The notes beneath the pieces were generated by a model, which searched no databases, was not told the origin of the DNA, and worked only from the letters and a program-made list of their open reading frames with translations. A DNA stretch of 49,683 bases from Candidatus Latescibacterota bacterium. Its GTDB lineage: Bacteria; Latescibacterota; MWCZ01. The position numbers and the translations under genes were made by a program. Of the stretch, positions 38,079-48,431 are shown piece by piece. Position 1 is the stretch's first letter; the number at the start of each line of letters is the position of its first letter. The DNA lies in the NCBI GenBank assembly GCA_029547385.1, contig JAKPPK010000074.1:1-49683 (forward strand), read 5' to 3'.

Positions 38079-39371
38079 TCACGGGATGCGGGGGATATCC
38101 ACAACGCGCCTTTCCTCACGCGCAATGTCCGCACAGAATCCGATCATATGGCCGTTAATTGAGTCGTCGAGCGTCGTGGCGGCTATGGAGCGCGGTTCGC
38201 CGCGAATGAAACGAACGAAATCCTCAACAAGCAGCCTGTCGCCGCCCCCGTGCCCTCCGCGCTCCAGTTCCGGGGTGGCCACATTCAGATCCACCGTTTC
38301 CTCTGAGTATTCGTGCGCTGGGCGGGGATCGATGTGCCGAATGACGAAGCGGTTGTCTTCCAGAACTCCCTGGATTTCTCCCTGCGTTCCCACAAGGTGG
38401 ATTGAGCGAACAGGCCTTGCCGTGCCGCCCACCATGCTGTGAACGGCAGTCGATCCGTCTGCGAACTCCACGCTCACGGTCTGATGGTCCACCACATCGT
38501 TGTCACAGCGCCACACGCAGAGCCCGTAAGGGTTCGTGGTTCGGAGAGACTCAATCTTGTCTTCGATGGTTGGTTCTGCGATGTGCTCGATGCTGTCCCA
38601 GACGTAGAAACGCCACCGATCTGGGTGATCAATGTAATGCTTGCGCGCAGAATACATGCACCCTTCTTCTATGGGGCAATCAACGAGGCACCTCGTTCCA
38701 GCTCCCTCCGGCATTTTGTCGCGACGGAAATACATCAGTGAACCATGACTTGCCACGGAAACCGGCGCCACCCCGCTCTTCATCCACGCGATAAGATCGA
38801 GATCATGGCAACATTTCGCCATAAGCATGGAGGACCCGCATGTGTCCTTCCTGCGCCATTTGCCGCGCACAAAGCCCACAGCCATGTGATGGTAACTTAC
38901 GTGTTCAACGGTTTGCACGCTCATGATGTCGCCGATTTCGCCCGCCGCCACGCGTGTGCGGATGGCGGTGTAGAACGGGGCGTACCTCAGAACGTGACAG
39001 ATCATCACGGTTCGTCTCAGTCGGCGGGCCGCCTCGTACAGCCGGAGAAGGTCTTCAATATTCGTAGATATCGGCTTTTCCAGCAGAATGTCGTACCCTG
39101 CTTCCAGAAGCGGCAGCGAGGTGGGTACATGCAGCGAATCCATGGTGGCATTAATCGCAACATCCGCACATTTGGGATATGCGACCAGTTCCTCCACCGT
39201 TGAGAAGCAGCGCTCCGCCGGTATGTCGTACAACGACGCGGCTCGCTCTCGACGCAACGGCGAGGGGTCCACCACGCCAGTGATTGCGAACTCCTCCGGA
39301 CGGTGTTTGGCGTACGAAGCGGCTCCCAGACCTCTGTGGCCGGCTCCGACAATGATGGCTCGCACCTGCAT
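38079..39371 (-). CDS. Gfo/Idh/MocA family oxidoreductase
   Basis: IIVGAGHRG, LLEKPI, CHVLRY, KCCHDLD, HGGGD. Confidence 0.92.
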   Translation of the reverse strand: MQVRAIIVGAGHRGLGAASYAKHRPEEFAITGVVDPSPLRRERAASLYDIPAERCFSTVEELVAYPKCADVAINATMDSLHVPTSLPLLEAGYDILLEKPISTNIEDLLRLYEAARRLRRTVMICHVLRYAPFYTAIRTRVAAGEIGDIMSVQTVEHVSYHHMAVGFVRGKWRRKDTCGSSMLMAKCCHDLDLIAWMKSGVAPVSVASHGSLMYFRRDKMPEGAGTRCLVDCPIEEGCMYSARKHYIDHPDRWRFYVWDSIEHIAEPTIEDKIESLRTTNPYGLCVWRCDNDVVDHQTVSVEFADGSTAVHSMVGGTARPVRSIHLVGTQGEIQGVLEDNRFVIRHIDPRPAHEYSEETVDLNVATPELERGGHGGGDRLLVEDFVRFIRGEPRSIAATTLDDSINGHMIGFCADIAREERRVVDIPRIP

Positions 39372-39376
39372 GTTCC

Positions 39377-40348
39377 CTACCTGCTTTCGGAGCGAAGGTC
39401 AAGCCAGGCGATTTCCGCGGTGGTCAAACGGACTGTGCTCGCTTCCACACACGCTCCGAGTTCGCTCGCGTCCGCAGCGCCGACACAGGCGAACACGTTC
39501 ATCGGTTGGCTCATGACGTATGCCAGGGCGATCTGCGGGATCGTGAGGTGCTTCTCGCGCGCAAGCGTTTCCACCCGGTCAAGGCGCTCGAGATTCTCCT
39601 CGTGGCAGTACGCCCTGCGGCACGCACCGTCCAGCGAGTCTTTGAATGCGTCATACGTCTTCCGAGTGAACCTCCCGGAAAAAAAGCCACGGGCGAGGCT
39701 GGACCATGCGAACACGGGAATCTGATTCCCGGCGTACCAGGCACGCGCATCCGCGTGTTGCGGACCACTCAGGGTAACCGATCCGCTTCCCCACGGATCC
39801 TCGACCTGTGCCGCAAGACTGAAATTCGGACTGCTCACGACAAACGGAACAAGGCCGTGCGCTTCCGCATACTCATTCGCTTCGGCAATGCGGTGGTGAG
39901 TCCAGTTGGATCCGCCAAAAGCGTGGATTCTGCCCGCCGCCCTGTGTTCATTCAGTGCCTCTACGATCGGCCCGACCGGCTGCGCGGGGTCATCCCGGTG
40001 GAGAAGGTAGATATCCACGTAGTCCGTTCGCAGTCGGGCAAGCGAATCGGCAAGATCGGACGCGATGTCGAAAGGTGTTACCCTTCGGCGGTCCGCATTC
40101 GGGTGGGCGCCCTTTGTAAGGATGACGACGTTCTCCCGAACATCCCGCTCAGCCATCCACTGGCCTATCGCCCGTTCACTGTTACCACCCGCATATACGT
40201 GCGCCGTGTCCAGCGTTGTGCAACCGAGCGCGAGGGCGTCATCCAGCAGGCGGTAACTCCGTTCTTTTTCCTCTGTCGTAACGATCATCGTACCGAGGAC
40301 AATACGGCTTACGGGCTTCTCGACGCCGGGAACCGACCCGAATTCCAT
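39377..40348 (-). CDS. Aldo/keto reductase
   Basis: SRIVLGT, DTAHVY, ILTKG, SLARLRTDYVDIYLLHRDD, FGGSNW. Confidence 0.92.
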   Translation of the reverse strand: MEFGSVPGVEKPVSRIVLGTMIVTTEEKERSYRLLDDALALGCTTLDTAHVYAGGNSERAIGQWMAERDVRENVVILTKGAHPNADRRRVTPFDIASDLADSLARLRTDYVDIYLLHRDDPAQPVGPIVEALNEHRAAGRIHAFGGSNWTHHRIAEANEYAEAHGLVPFVVSSPNFSLAAQVEDPWGSGSVTLSGPQHADARAWYAGNQIPVFAWSSLARGFFSGRFTRKTYDAFKDSLDGACRRAYCHEENLERLDRVETLAREKHLTIPQIALAYVMSQPMNVFACVGAADASELGACVEASTVRLTTAEIAWLDLRSESR

Positions 40349-40362
40349 GCGGTGAATCTCCA

Positions 40363-41364
40363 TCATTCTGTGGGGTATCTCAGGCCCCATTCCGAACGGA
40401 ACGCATCCATCGTCTCCATGATCGCAAGGGATTCGTCCAGCGGCATCAGGGCACTCTCTTTTCTTCCCGACCGGATACACCGCATGACCTCGACCGCCTC
40501 GCAGTTGTACCCGTTCCCGACAAATGGATGGGACATCTGCACGTCGGGTTTGCCGTTCACGGAAAGCGTCATCTCGCTCCCGTGCCAGAACGGGTGATGG
40601 ATCCGAATCATGCCCTCAGTTCCGAAAATGGCGGCCTCGTGTGGTGTGGTGGTACGAACCGCGCATGTCAATACCGCCAGTTTGTCGCCGGGGTAACTCA
40701 ACAGCAGCCCCGCCTGTTCGTCAACACCCGTCGTGCCGATGTGCGCGAGAGATGCCATCCGTTCGGGCTTCGGACCGCAGATCATGTTCGCGAACGAAAT
40801 CGTGTATACGCCAATATCCAGAAGCCCGCCGCCACCGAGTGCCAGATTGAACAGGCGACCTTCGGGCTTCAGATCCGCGCGGAAACAGAAATCGGCTTTC
40901 ACCATGCGTACGTCACCGATCACGCCGTTCGAAAGAAGCTCCCTGACCTTCGCGTACAGCGGCAGATAGCGCGTCCACATGGCTTCCATCAGGAACACGT
41001 TGTTCTGTCGTGCGCACGCGATCATTTCCCGTGCCTCGCGCGCATTGATCGCAAAGGGCTTTTCACAAAGAACAGCCTTCCCCGCGTTCAGGCAGAGAAT
41101 CGTGTTCTCCCTGTGGAAAGGGTGCGGCGTTGCGACATAAACCGCATCCACGTCCGGGTCGCTTGCCAACGCCTCGTAAGATGCATGGACATTGGGGACG
41201 TTGAACTCCTTGGCGAACGCCTCCGCCCCTTTTCTCGTTCTGGAACCAACCGCGACAAGCCGCGCATCGGGGATTACCTGCAGGCCGCGCGCAAATTGCT
41301 TCGCGATGTTACCGGTTGCCAGTATGCCCCAGCGCACCGGTTTGTCGTCCGTCTTTTTCTTCAT
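40363..41364 (-). CDS. Gfo/Idh/MocA oxidoreductase (dihydrodiol/aldose dehydrogenase-like)
   Basis: WGILATGNIA, YVATPH, VLCEKP, LMEAMWTR, GGGLLDIGVY. Confidence 0.93.
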   Translation of the reverse strand: MKKKTDDKPVRWGILATGNIAKQFARGLQVIPDARLVAVGSRTRKGAEAFAKEFNVPNVHASYEALASDPDVDAVYVATPHPFHRENTILCLNAGKAVLCEKPFAINAREAREMIACARQNNVFLMEAMWTRYLPLYAKVRELLSNGVIGDVRMVKADFCFRADLKPEGRLFNLALGGGGLLDIGVYTISFANMICGPKPERMASLAHIGTTGVDEQAGLLLSYPGDKLAVLTCAVRTTTPHEAAIFGTEGMIRIHHPFWHGSEMTLSVNGKPDVQMSHPFVGNGYNCEAVEVMRCIRSGRKESALMPLDESLAIMETMDAFRSEWGLRYPTE

Positions 41365-41442
41365 GTGTTGACCTCAGAATCGCATAGATGCCGGCAATGA
41401 AACAGGGAACCGAAAATCATCAAACAGGGAAGAACCATCGTT

Positions 41443-42516
41443 TCACTTCTTCACATTCGCGTGTTCGCTCCGTCCCGGGCCAATCTCTCCAGAAGCCATC
41501 ATGCTGTGGAGGGGGTTATCGTCAATATCGAGCGGGAATTCTACACGTGCCCGGCGGCGGCTGGACTCGTACGCCCCGAAAATGAGCTGGGTTCCTGCCA
41601 GCGCCTTTCGAGCCGAAAGCTCCGGCTCGCGTCCCGTCCGCAGTCCGTGAACCAGGTCCCATATGCCGAACGTGATTGCCGACCACGCGCCGATATTCTT
41701 CTGCTCGGGGAAGGTGATCGTGCGCATTTCCGTGTCGCCTCTTCCACGGACTTTCACCACCGGCATGTGCGCTTCAATGATGCCGTCTGTTCCGAGAATG
41801 CGGTGCTCCGCCCAGATCGTCGCACCGTAACCGCTCACGAAAAAGCCATACACGCCATTCGCGTAACGGAAACTCGCGATTCCCTGGTTCTCGATCGGCA
41901 CGCCGAACACTTTGTTATCGGTCCGGCTGTCAACCTGTCCGATAATCCACTCTGCCGGAACGTCGTTGTTGTAGAAGTTGATCATGTCAAACCAATGGGT
42001 GCCCCAGTCGAACATGTCCCCACAGGCGGCCTCTATGCGCAGCACTTTGCCCACAACTCCCCGGTTGGCAAGTTCTCTGACCGTGCGATACTGCGGTTCG
42101 AAGCGTCGCTGGTGGTTGAACGTGAGCTGCACGCCCAGTTCGTCGCATGTTTCCTTCATTCTGCGTGCTTCACCGAAGGTCGGTGCCATCGGCTTTTCGC
42201 AATGAATCGCCCGCACGCCGGCCTTTGCGCAGTGGATCACCATCTCCGCGTGCAGGTGCGGCCAGGTGCACACGCTCACGATATCCGGTTTCTCCGCGGC
42301 AATCATCTCCCGGTAGTCGAGATAGTACTTGGGTAACCCGTAGAGAGCGGCATAGCTGGCCGCGTATTCCTCCACGATATCCGCGCATGCGGTAACTTTG
42401 CAGCCTTCCGTCGCCTGGTACCCCTGCACGTGGCAATGGCTGATTCCGTGTTCCTTGGCGCCGGCAGTTCGCGTTGACTTGCCGCAGCCAATAATCACTG
42501 CTCGAAGTTCTGTCAT
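41443..42516 (-). CDS. Gfo/Idh/MocA family oxidoreductase
   Basis: IIGCG, HCEKPMA, FNHQRRF, DWGTHWFD. Confidence 0.92.
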   Translation of the reverse strand: MTELRAVIIGCGKSTRTAGAKEHGISHCHVQGYQATEGCKVTACADIVEEYAASYAALYGLPKYYLDYREMIAAEKPDIVSVCTWPHLHAEMVIHCAKAGVRAIHCEKPMAPTFGEARRMKETCDELGVQLTFNHQRRFEPQYRTVRELANRGVVGKVLRIEAACGDMFDWGTHWFDMINFYNNDVPAEWIIGQVDSRTDNKVFGVPIENQGIASFRYANGVYGFFVSGYGATIWAEHRILGTDGIIEAHMPVVKVRGRGDTEMRTITFPEQKNIGAWSAITFGIWDLVHGLRTGREPELSARKALAGTQLIFGAYESSRRRARVEFPLDIDDNPLHSMMASGEIGPGRSEHANVKK

Positions 42517-42581
42517 TGTGTCTCGTCTCCGTCACTGGTGGAACTGGGTAACCATTCTTGTCTCATCACAGCCAACCGCCG

Positions 42582-43607
42582 TCACCCTATCTGGCCATTG
42601 GCGATCATCGAATGCAGCGGGTTGTCGTCAATCGTGAGCGGCAATTCCACCCGGCCCCGCCGCCTGCTGGACTCGTACGTCGCGAATATCACTTCAGTCG
42701 CCGCAAAGGCCTTCTTCGCGCTCAGCGCGGATTCCTTCCCCGAGCTCAGACTCGCCACGACATCCTGAATGCCCCGTGTTACCGACCCCTCGGTAGCGCC
42801 TTTGTCGAAAACCTGCCACGATGCATCGCCTTTTGTTCGAATTCTCACACGCGGCCAATCCACTTCGATGATGCCTTCACTTCCCAGAATGCGGTGCTCT
42901 GCGCCAATGGAATGCCCCTGCCCCATCAGCAGGAGCCCGTACACATCATTCGCACAATGGAAATAGCACAGCGCCTGGCTTTCCACATCGACACCGAACG
43001 CTTTCTGGTCTCCGGCGCGGTATACCTGGCCAATAACCCAGTCCGCCGGAGTATCGTCATTGTAGAAGTTCAGCAGGTCGATCCAGTGTGTGCCGACGTC
43101 CAGCATGTTGCCCCAGGATCCTTCGAGCCGTCGCAATTGTCCGACGGCACCCGCCTTGATCATATCGCGCGCGAAGATGAACCGCTCCTCGAAACGGCGT
43201 TGATGATTGAACGTAAGCTGTGTTCCCGTTTTCTCGCAGGTATCCTTCATCAAGCGCGCTTCGCCGAAGGTTGGAGCCATAGGCTTCTCACAGTGAACCG
43301 CTTTCGCGCCGGCGTTGGCGCAATCAACTACCATCTGGGCGTGAAGCTGGGGCCATGTGCATACGCTCACTATGTCCGGTTGTTCTTTGCTGAGCATCTC
43401 ACGGTAGTCCACGTACACATGCGGGATGTTGTACATCTCCGCGAATGCGCGTGCATTTTCCGGAACGATGTCTGCGCACGCAATCAGCGTGCATCCGGGT
43501 GCCGCAAGGTAACCCTGGGCGTGCCAGTGTGCGGTTCCATACCCGGTGGCCCCATCAGATCGGTGTGCTTTTCCTGTGCCTATGATGGCTACGGAGTATT
43601 GTGGCAT
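42582..43607 (-). CDS. Gfo/Idh/MocA family oxidoreductase (paralog of adjacent gene)
   Basis: IIGTG, HCEKPMA, FNHQRRF, DVGTHWID. Confidence 0.92.
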   Translation of the reverse strand: MPQYSVAIIGTGKAHRSDGATGYGTAHWHAQGYLAAPGCTLIACADIVPENARAFAEMYNIPHVYVDYREMLSKEQPDIVSVCTWPQLHAQMVVDCANAGAKAVHCEKPMAPTFGEARLMKDTCEKTGTQLTFNHQRRFEERFIFARDMIKAGAVGQLRRLEGSWGNMLDVGTHWIDLLNFYNDDTPADWVIGQVYRAGDQKAFGVDVESQALCYFHCANDVYGLLLMGQGHSIGAEHRILGSEGIIEVDWPRVRIRTKGDASWQVFDKGATEGSVTRGIQDVVASLSSGKESALSAKKAFAATEVIFATYESSRRRGRVELPLTIDDNPLHSMIANGQIG

Positions 43608-43658
43608 AGTGTGGTCCTTTGTGCTCGTGTGGTGCCCGATGGACAGCCCTGGAGGGAA

Positions 43659-44780
43659 TCAGCATGTGGAATCGCGTTCTAGTCGTGGGGGCAAAGGCGT
43701 TCTGAAAAGATCCAGTGTGTCCTCGGAGGTCCGGTGCGCGCGAGGAAAAGGAAGCCAGGCCACCTGTGCGCCCTTCCTCTCATTGCATCGGACGCACAGA
43801 ACCTGAACGTTTGCGACCGTTGATGCCCCGCCCTGGGACTTCGGGATGATGTGGTCGAATTCGAGATCGGTGGTCCCTCCGCACATCGCGCATTTGCCGT
43901 TATCCCGGCGCCACACGATGGACCGCACACGATCCGGAATGGAGGCGGGTTGCTCGGCTTCTGCCGCCTGCCTGAAAAGGTCCCGGTCAATCGCTGCCGC
44001 GGTGAACCGTTTCTCCAGGTCAGCCATGTATTCCGAGATCAACACGTGCATCTCCGCCGCCGGGTATTCCCCGTCGAAAACGAAAAGCGTGTCTCCCCGG
44101 AACGCCATGCGCTGTTCCGGCAGGCAAAAGCCCACGGCGGTCTGAGCCCGGAACTCGTCGAGCGCCTTCGCGGGTGCCTCTGCGATCTGCCGTTCGGTTT
44201 CCTGGCGCAAAAGAGCGCGATCTTCGTCAATCCGCATGCGAAGACGATAGGCCACATCGGCGATATCACACATCGCCGGACGATCCACCCACGCGCCCAG
44301 GTGATCAATCACGGCAAGACAGCGTTCGAGATTGCCAGCGTCCTCCGGAAGGGCAAGCACTTTTTCCACTTGCTGGCCAAAGCGCAGGACTTGTTCGTCT
44401 TCGGCTGCCAAATATTGATGCACGATCGACGAGAGTGTCTTCCTGGGCACCGCGGTTATCAGGTGCGCGACAACAGTGCCCCACCGCTGCGCAATGCCGT
44501 CAAGTTCCTCGAGACTCACGCGCAGATCTTCGGTAAGCGTGTCATCAGGCACAAGAACGGCGTCAACGGTGGTTACCGGAATTGCCTCTGAATCTGACAA
44601 AATCCGCCCAAAATCAGAGGCCCAGGCAGGTGACACGCCTTCACGTGGGAGAAGATGCTGCAACACTCTCGCTTCAATTGCAATAGGGAATCGCGTCTGT
44701 TCTGCCACGGCGTCGCCGGAAAAATCCGGAGGCTCACACAACGCCCGGTAATCCACCACGGCGGCACGAGTGCATTCCAT
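43659..44780 (-). CDS. Protein with C-terminal HNH endonuclease domain
   Basis: IPDRVRSIVWRRDNGKCAMCGG..LEFDHIIPKSQGG...NVQVLCVRCNERK. Confidence 0.85.
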   Translation of the reverse strand: MECTRAAVVDYRALCEPPDFSGDAVAEQTRFPIAIEARVLQHLLPREGVSPAWASDFGRILSDSEAIPVTTVDAVLVPDDTLTEDLRVSLEELDGIAQRWGTVVAHLITAVPRKTLSSIVHQYLAAEDEQVLRFGQQVEKVLALPEDAGNLERCLAVIDHLGAWVDRPAMCDIADVAYRLRMRIDEDRALLRQETERQIAEAPAKALDEFRAQTAVGFCLPEQRMAFRGDTLFVFDGEYPAAEMHVLISEYMADLEKRFTAAAIDRDLFRQAAEAEQPASIPDRVRSIVWRRDNGKCAMCGGTTDLEFDHIIPKSQGGASTVANVQVLCVRCNERKGAQVAWLPFPRAHRTSEDTLDLFRTPLPPRLERDSTC

Positions 44781-44947
44781 TCTCTCGCCCTTCCCGGAAA
44801 CGTGCCAGTTTCATAGCGGCGCAAAGAGCGCAGCCGGCGTGCGATGCCCCCCATCAATTAGTACTTTTTTTCCGGCAAGGGGGCGAGGGGGTGCGTCTCT
44901 GCGCCGCGCCGAATCTCGCACGAGGAAAAACGCTCCGCCGGACGCTG

Positions 44948-44975
44948 TTGACCGGTCGCCGATGTGCGGTATCTT
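44948..44975 (+). promoter_or_regulatory. Putative sigma70-type promoter of the fur-family gene
   Basis: TTGACC-N16-TATCTT. Confidence 0.35.
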
Positions 44976-45011
44976 CAATTTGACGAAGAACCTGAGACGG
45001 ATGGACGACCA

Positions 45012-45506
45012 ATGAATACGCAGGCGCTTGTCACCGAGTTCGTTGCCTATTTGCGCTCGCGGGGAATGAGAATGACGCCCGAGCGGCGTCATATTCTCCA
45101 GCACATCTTCTCCGCCCACACGCACTTCGAAGTGGATGACCTGCATGTTCGCCTGCGGGATGCAGGGCACAGGATATCCAAAGCCACCGTGTACCGCACC
45201 GTCGCCTTGCTTGCTAATTGCGGAATACTGCGCTCCTCCATCGCCCCCAGCGGATCTGCCTCGGAATACTACGAACTCGTCTACGGGCTGGAAACCCCCC
45301 ACGAGCATCTGCAATGCCAGCAGTGCGGGCGCGTGTTCGAGGTTGCCGATCCGGTTCTTCTCGGGCACCTCCGACGGATTGCCGTCACCATGGGATACGA
45401 ACTCGTGGATCACTCCGTCAAAATAGTCGGCAGGTGCGTGGAGCTCGAGAACAAAGGTGTGTGCTCCAAATCCGGCCTTCAACGCCCTCCGGACAAGCCT
45501 CAATAG
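45012..45506 (+). CDS. Fur-family transcriptional regulator
   Basis: RMTPERR, HF, ISKATVYRT, HEHLQCQQCG, C-terminal CxxC-like region. Confidence 0.92.
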   Translation: MNTQALVTEFVAYLRSRGMRMTPERRHILQHIFSAHTHFEVDDLHVRLRDAGHRISKATVYRTVALLANCGILRSSIAPSGSASEYYELVYGLETPHEHLQCQQCGRVFEVADPVLLGHLRRIAVTMGYELVDHSVKIVGRCVELENKGVCSKSGLQRPPDKPQ

Positions 45507-47659
45507 TTACGCCGCAATGCTTCACGGCGTGAAGCCGGTGAGCTTCTGCCCCAGCGATGAATTGTACACGGCTCAGGGATTTCTGCAGAACGGAAGTATT
45601 CCGTGTAGGTGCTCGGGCAATTCGGAGTCGCGGCAAGATAGCTCTCGTCACAGATCTCTACTGCCTCAATTTCTGGAGGTTTTGGAAAATCCTGTGCCGG
45701 CAGATTGAGTACGTCGTGGGCCTCCTTCATGAACTGCGCCCAGATCGGTAGTGCTGCTCCGGCACCCGTGTTTCCCCGTCCCATGTTCACTCGTTGATCG
45801 AACCCTACCCACACGCCACAGCAGATCTGAGGAGTGAAGCCGACGAACCACGCGTCACCATAATCGTTTGTGGTGCCGGTCTTGCCACCGGCAGGCCGAA
45901 GCAGCCCGAATTGAGAGCGTGCACCGGCACCCGTACCTCGGACAACCACATTCTCGAGCAGTTTTGTCATGATGAACGCGGTTCCCGGATTCAACGCTTC
46001 GTGCTGTCGACCGGAAATCTGCCGCTCCACAAGCTGAATCCCGTCCCTGGAAATAATGCGCGAAATGGCGAAAGGCTCCACATAGATGCCCTGGTGCGGG
46101 AACACGGAATACGCCGCAGTAAGCTCAACCAGCCGCACTTCACCCACGCCCAGCGCCAGCGAAGGGTACGGCGGAAGATTGCTTTTTATGCCCATGTTCT
46201 GGGCATACTGAATCACGAGCCGTGGAGTTGTCTGGAGAAGGAGACGAATTGCGACCAGGTTCACCGACTTGGCAAGCGCCTCCCTGAGCGTCATCGGGCC
46301 GCCGATACTCCCATCGTAGTTCTCTGGACGCCATTCACCCCGCTGAGGATCCGACAGAGTAACCGGTTGGTTGGGAATTTCCGTGACAGGACTGAAACCG
46401 TTGTCGATTGCCGCCGTGTAGACAAACGGTTTGAAACTGCTTCCCGGTTGTCGCAATGCCTGAACCGCCCGGTTGAACTTCGTCGCGTCAAAATCACGGC
46501 CACCGACCATGGCAAGAATTGCGCCCGTGCGCACGTCCATCGCGAGAAGCGCGGCCTGCACACGCTTTGCTACGATGGAGCCCGTCGCAAGGCTTCGTTC
46601 CCGGTCTACCCACGGGCTGTTGATGTTGTTCTGGGCGCGCACGGCACGATCGTAATACGCCTGCATCGAGTCGATCCGCGCAAACAGAACGCGCTCCGCT
46701 ATTTGCTGCAATCGGCTGTCCAGGGTGGTTTCGATCACGAAGCCACCTTCGTAGATGAGCTGGTCTGCCGAGGCGGTGTCGGGAAGTCCTGCAACCTGCG
46801 CAAAACGGATGCGGAGCGAATCAGACTTCTGAAGTTGTTCTGACAACCTGATGCGAATGTATTCCGTGAAATACGGAGCGATGCCCAGTTCTTCGAGCCC
46901 CGGGGTAGTCACCAGCGGAAGTGCTTGCAGGCGGGCAACTTCGGATTTCGGCAGTTTCCTGGTTGCTCCCATGGCTCCCAGAACAACGTTTCTCCGCGCC
47001 AGTGCGCGTTCCGGGTTCCTGATAGGGTTGTAGTAATTCGGAGCCGGCAACATTCCCACCAGCGTGGCGCACTGCTCGGTGGTAAGGTCTCTCGCGTCGC
47101 AGCCGAAATAGGTCCTCGCTGCGGCCTGAACACCGTACGCACCCGCACCGAAATAGACCTGGTTGAGGTAGAGCTGAATGATCTCTTTCTTTGTATACGT
47201 ACGCTCAATTCGGGTCGCGACAATCGCCTCTTTTATCTTCCTGATCAGACTGCGCTCCTTTGTCAGGAAAAGATCGCGCGCAAGCTGTTGCGTGAGGGTG
47301 CTTGTGGCTCTCGGCGGGCTCAGTGTGACCAGGCTGATGAGAGAAGCGCGAACGAAGCTGATCGGATTCACTCCCCAGTGCGACCAGAATTCGCGATCCT
47401 CGCTCGCCAGCAGAGCATCAGTCAGGGCGGGTGGAAGATCATCGAAAGCGACCAGCGTGCGCTTCTGTATGGCGAAAGTCTTCAGAATCTGGCCATCGGC
47501 GGATGTGATTACGGTGGAAAGCTTCGGCCGTATCTGCTCAACTGCTGCCAGGTCAGGGAGATCACGGCTCAGAAGGTGCACTGTTATCGCGATAATCGAC
47601 GTGAAAACTACGAGGAACACAAGCGTGAAAAGAGCCACATTGCGCCAGAACGCTTTCAT
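45500..47659 (-). CDS. Class A penicillin-binding protein (PBP1A family)
   Basis: Transglycosylase EDREF..H.G, STLTQQLAR, RKIKE, YLNQVYFG; transpeptidase SSFK, SVN, KTGT. Confidence 0.95.
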   Translation of the reverse strand: MKAFWRNVALFTLVFLVVFTSIIAITVHLLSRDLPDLAAVEQIRPKLSTVITSADGQILKTFAIQKRTLVAFDDLPPALTDALLASEDREFWSHWGVNPISFVRASLISLVTLSPPRATSTLTQQLARDLFLTKERSLIRKIKEAIVATRIERTYTKKEIIQLYLNQVYFGAGAYGVQAAARTYFGCDARDLTTEQCATLVGMLPAPNYYNPIRNPERALARRNVVLGAMGATRKLPKSEVARLQALPLVTTPGLEELGIAPYFTEYIRIRLSEQLQKSDSLRIRFAQVAGLPDTASADQLIYEGGFVIETTLDSRLQQIAERVLFARIDSMQAYYDRAVRAQNNINSPWVDRERSLATGSIVAKRVQAALLAMDVRTGAILAMVGGRDFDATKFNRAVQALRQPGSSFKPFVYTAAIDNGFSPVTEIPNQPVTLSDPQRGEWRPENYDGSIGGPMTLREALAKSVNLVAIRLLLQTTPRLVIQYAQNMGIKSNLPPYPSLALGVGEVRLVELTAAYSVFPHQGIYVEPFAISRIISRDGIQLVERQISGRQHEALNPGTAFIMTKLLENVVVRGTGAGARSQFGLLRPAGGKTGTTNDYGDAWFVGFTPQICCGVWVGFDQRVNMGRGNTGAGAALPIWAQFMKEAHDVLNLPAQDFPKPPEIEAVEICDESYLAATPNCPSTYTEYFRSAEIPEPCTIHRWGRSSPASRREALRRNY

Positions 47660-47719
47660 CCCTTGCTTAACCTCGAATAGCCATTCAGCACACGATTATG
47701 AGTTCTCTACGGAGGTGAA

Positions 47720-48298
47720 ATGGCAGACCAGTTGAAAATGCGTCGTCGTTCCAACGCGGACGTGCCCGAGGTCGCATTGCCTTCGGGGTACCGCCTCAGG
47801 CATTACGTTCAGGGCGACGAAGGCGTGTGGGCCGACATCATAAACCGTGCTGGAGCCTTAGGAGAATATACGGAAGAGAAGGTGGTAGATACTCTGACGG
47901 GACAACCGAGGTTTCACCCTGAAGGCCTGCTTTTCGTGACAACGGATGCAGACGAACCGGTCGCCACGGCCTGTGCGTGGCTCGGAACGCACGATGACTG
48001 GCGCGCCGGATCGGTCCACATGGTCGCGGTTGTTCCGGAACACCAGGGGAAACGGCTCTCCTACTGGGTGTGTGCCGCCGTGCTCCATGTGTTCCGGGAT
48101 TGGGGAGTCCCGGACGTCTATCTCACTACCGACGAATTCCGTACGGCTGCGGTGAAGGTGTACATCCAGCTGGATTTCGAACCGGTGATACGTACCCCCG
48201 AGCACTACCAGCGGTGGTGCGCCGTCTATCGCTCGTACGGCATGGAAGAGCGCGCGACGGCTCTGGAAAAGGAAGCTGCGCTCGGAGCATGCTGGTAA
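47720..48298 (+). CDS. GNAT family N-acetyltransferase
   Basis: GGAGG RBS; VAVVPEHQGKRL motif A; AVKVYIQLDF. Confidence 0.85.
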   Translation: MADQLKMRRRSNADVPEVALPSGYRLRHYVQGDEGVWADIINRAGALGEYTEEKVVDTLTGQPRFHPEGLLFVTTDADEPVATACAWLGTHDDWRAGSVHMVAVVPEHQGKRLSYWVCAAVLHVFRDWGVPDVYLTTDEFRTAAVKVYIQLDFEPVIRTPEHYQRWCAVYRSYGMEERATALEKEAALGACW

Positions 48299-48341
48299 CC
48301 GGCACCGCGGGTCAGGTCCCCGGCGAGGAACGATTGGTGGA

Positions 48342-48369
48342 TGTAACATTTCCCGCGCACATCCGGTCT
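48342..48369 (+). promoter_or_regulatory. Possible ECF sigma-factor promoter
   Basis: TGTAAC-N16-CGGTCT upstream of the GGAGG RBS of the next gene. Confidence 0.3.
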
Positions 48370-48431
48370 TACCATCTGAAGCGCGAAACTACAACGTGCG
48401 CAGGTGGGCATTTCCAAGGGAGGTCGAACCT

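Noticed and set aside
44793-44807. Minus-strand TGGCACG upstream of the HNH gene as a sigma54 promoter
   Set aside because: The -12 position is GG rather than GC, and the motif lies too close to the start codon
43659-44950. HNH gene as an IscB/Cas9-like RNA-guided nuclease
   Set aside because: No RuvC or PLMP motifs, no CRISPR repeats and no evident long structured RNA adjacent
48308-48332. GGGTCAGGTCC..GAGGAA similar to SRP RNA
   Set aside because: Missing the GGAA tetraloop, AGCAGC and a flanking long stem
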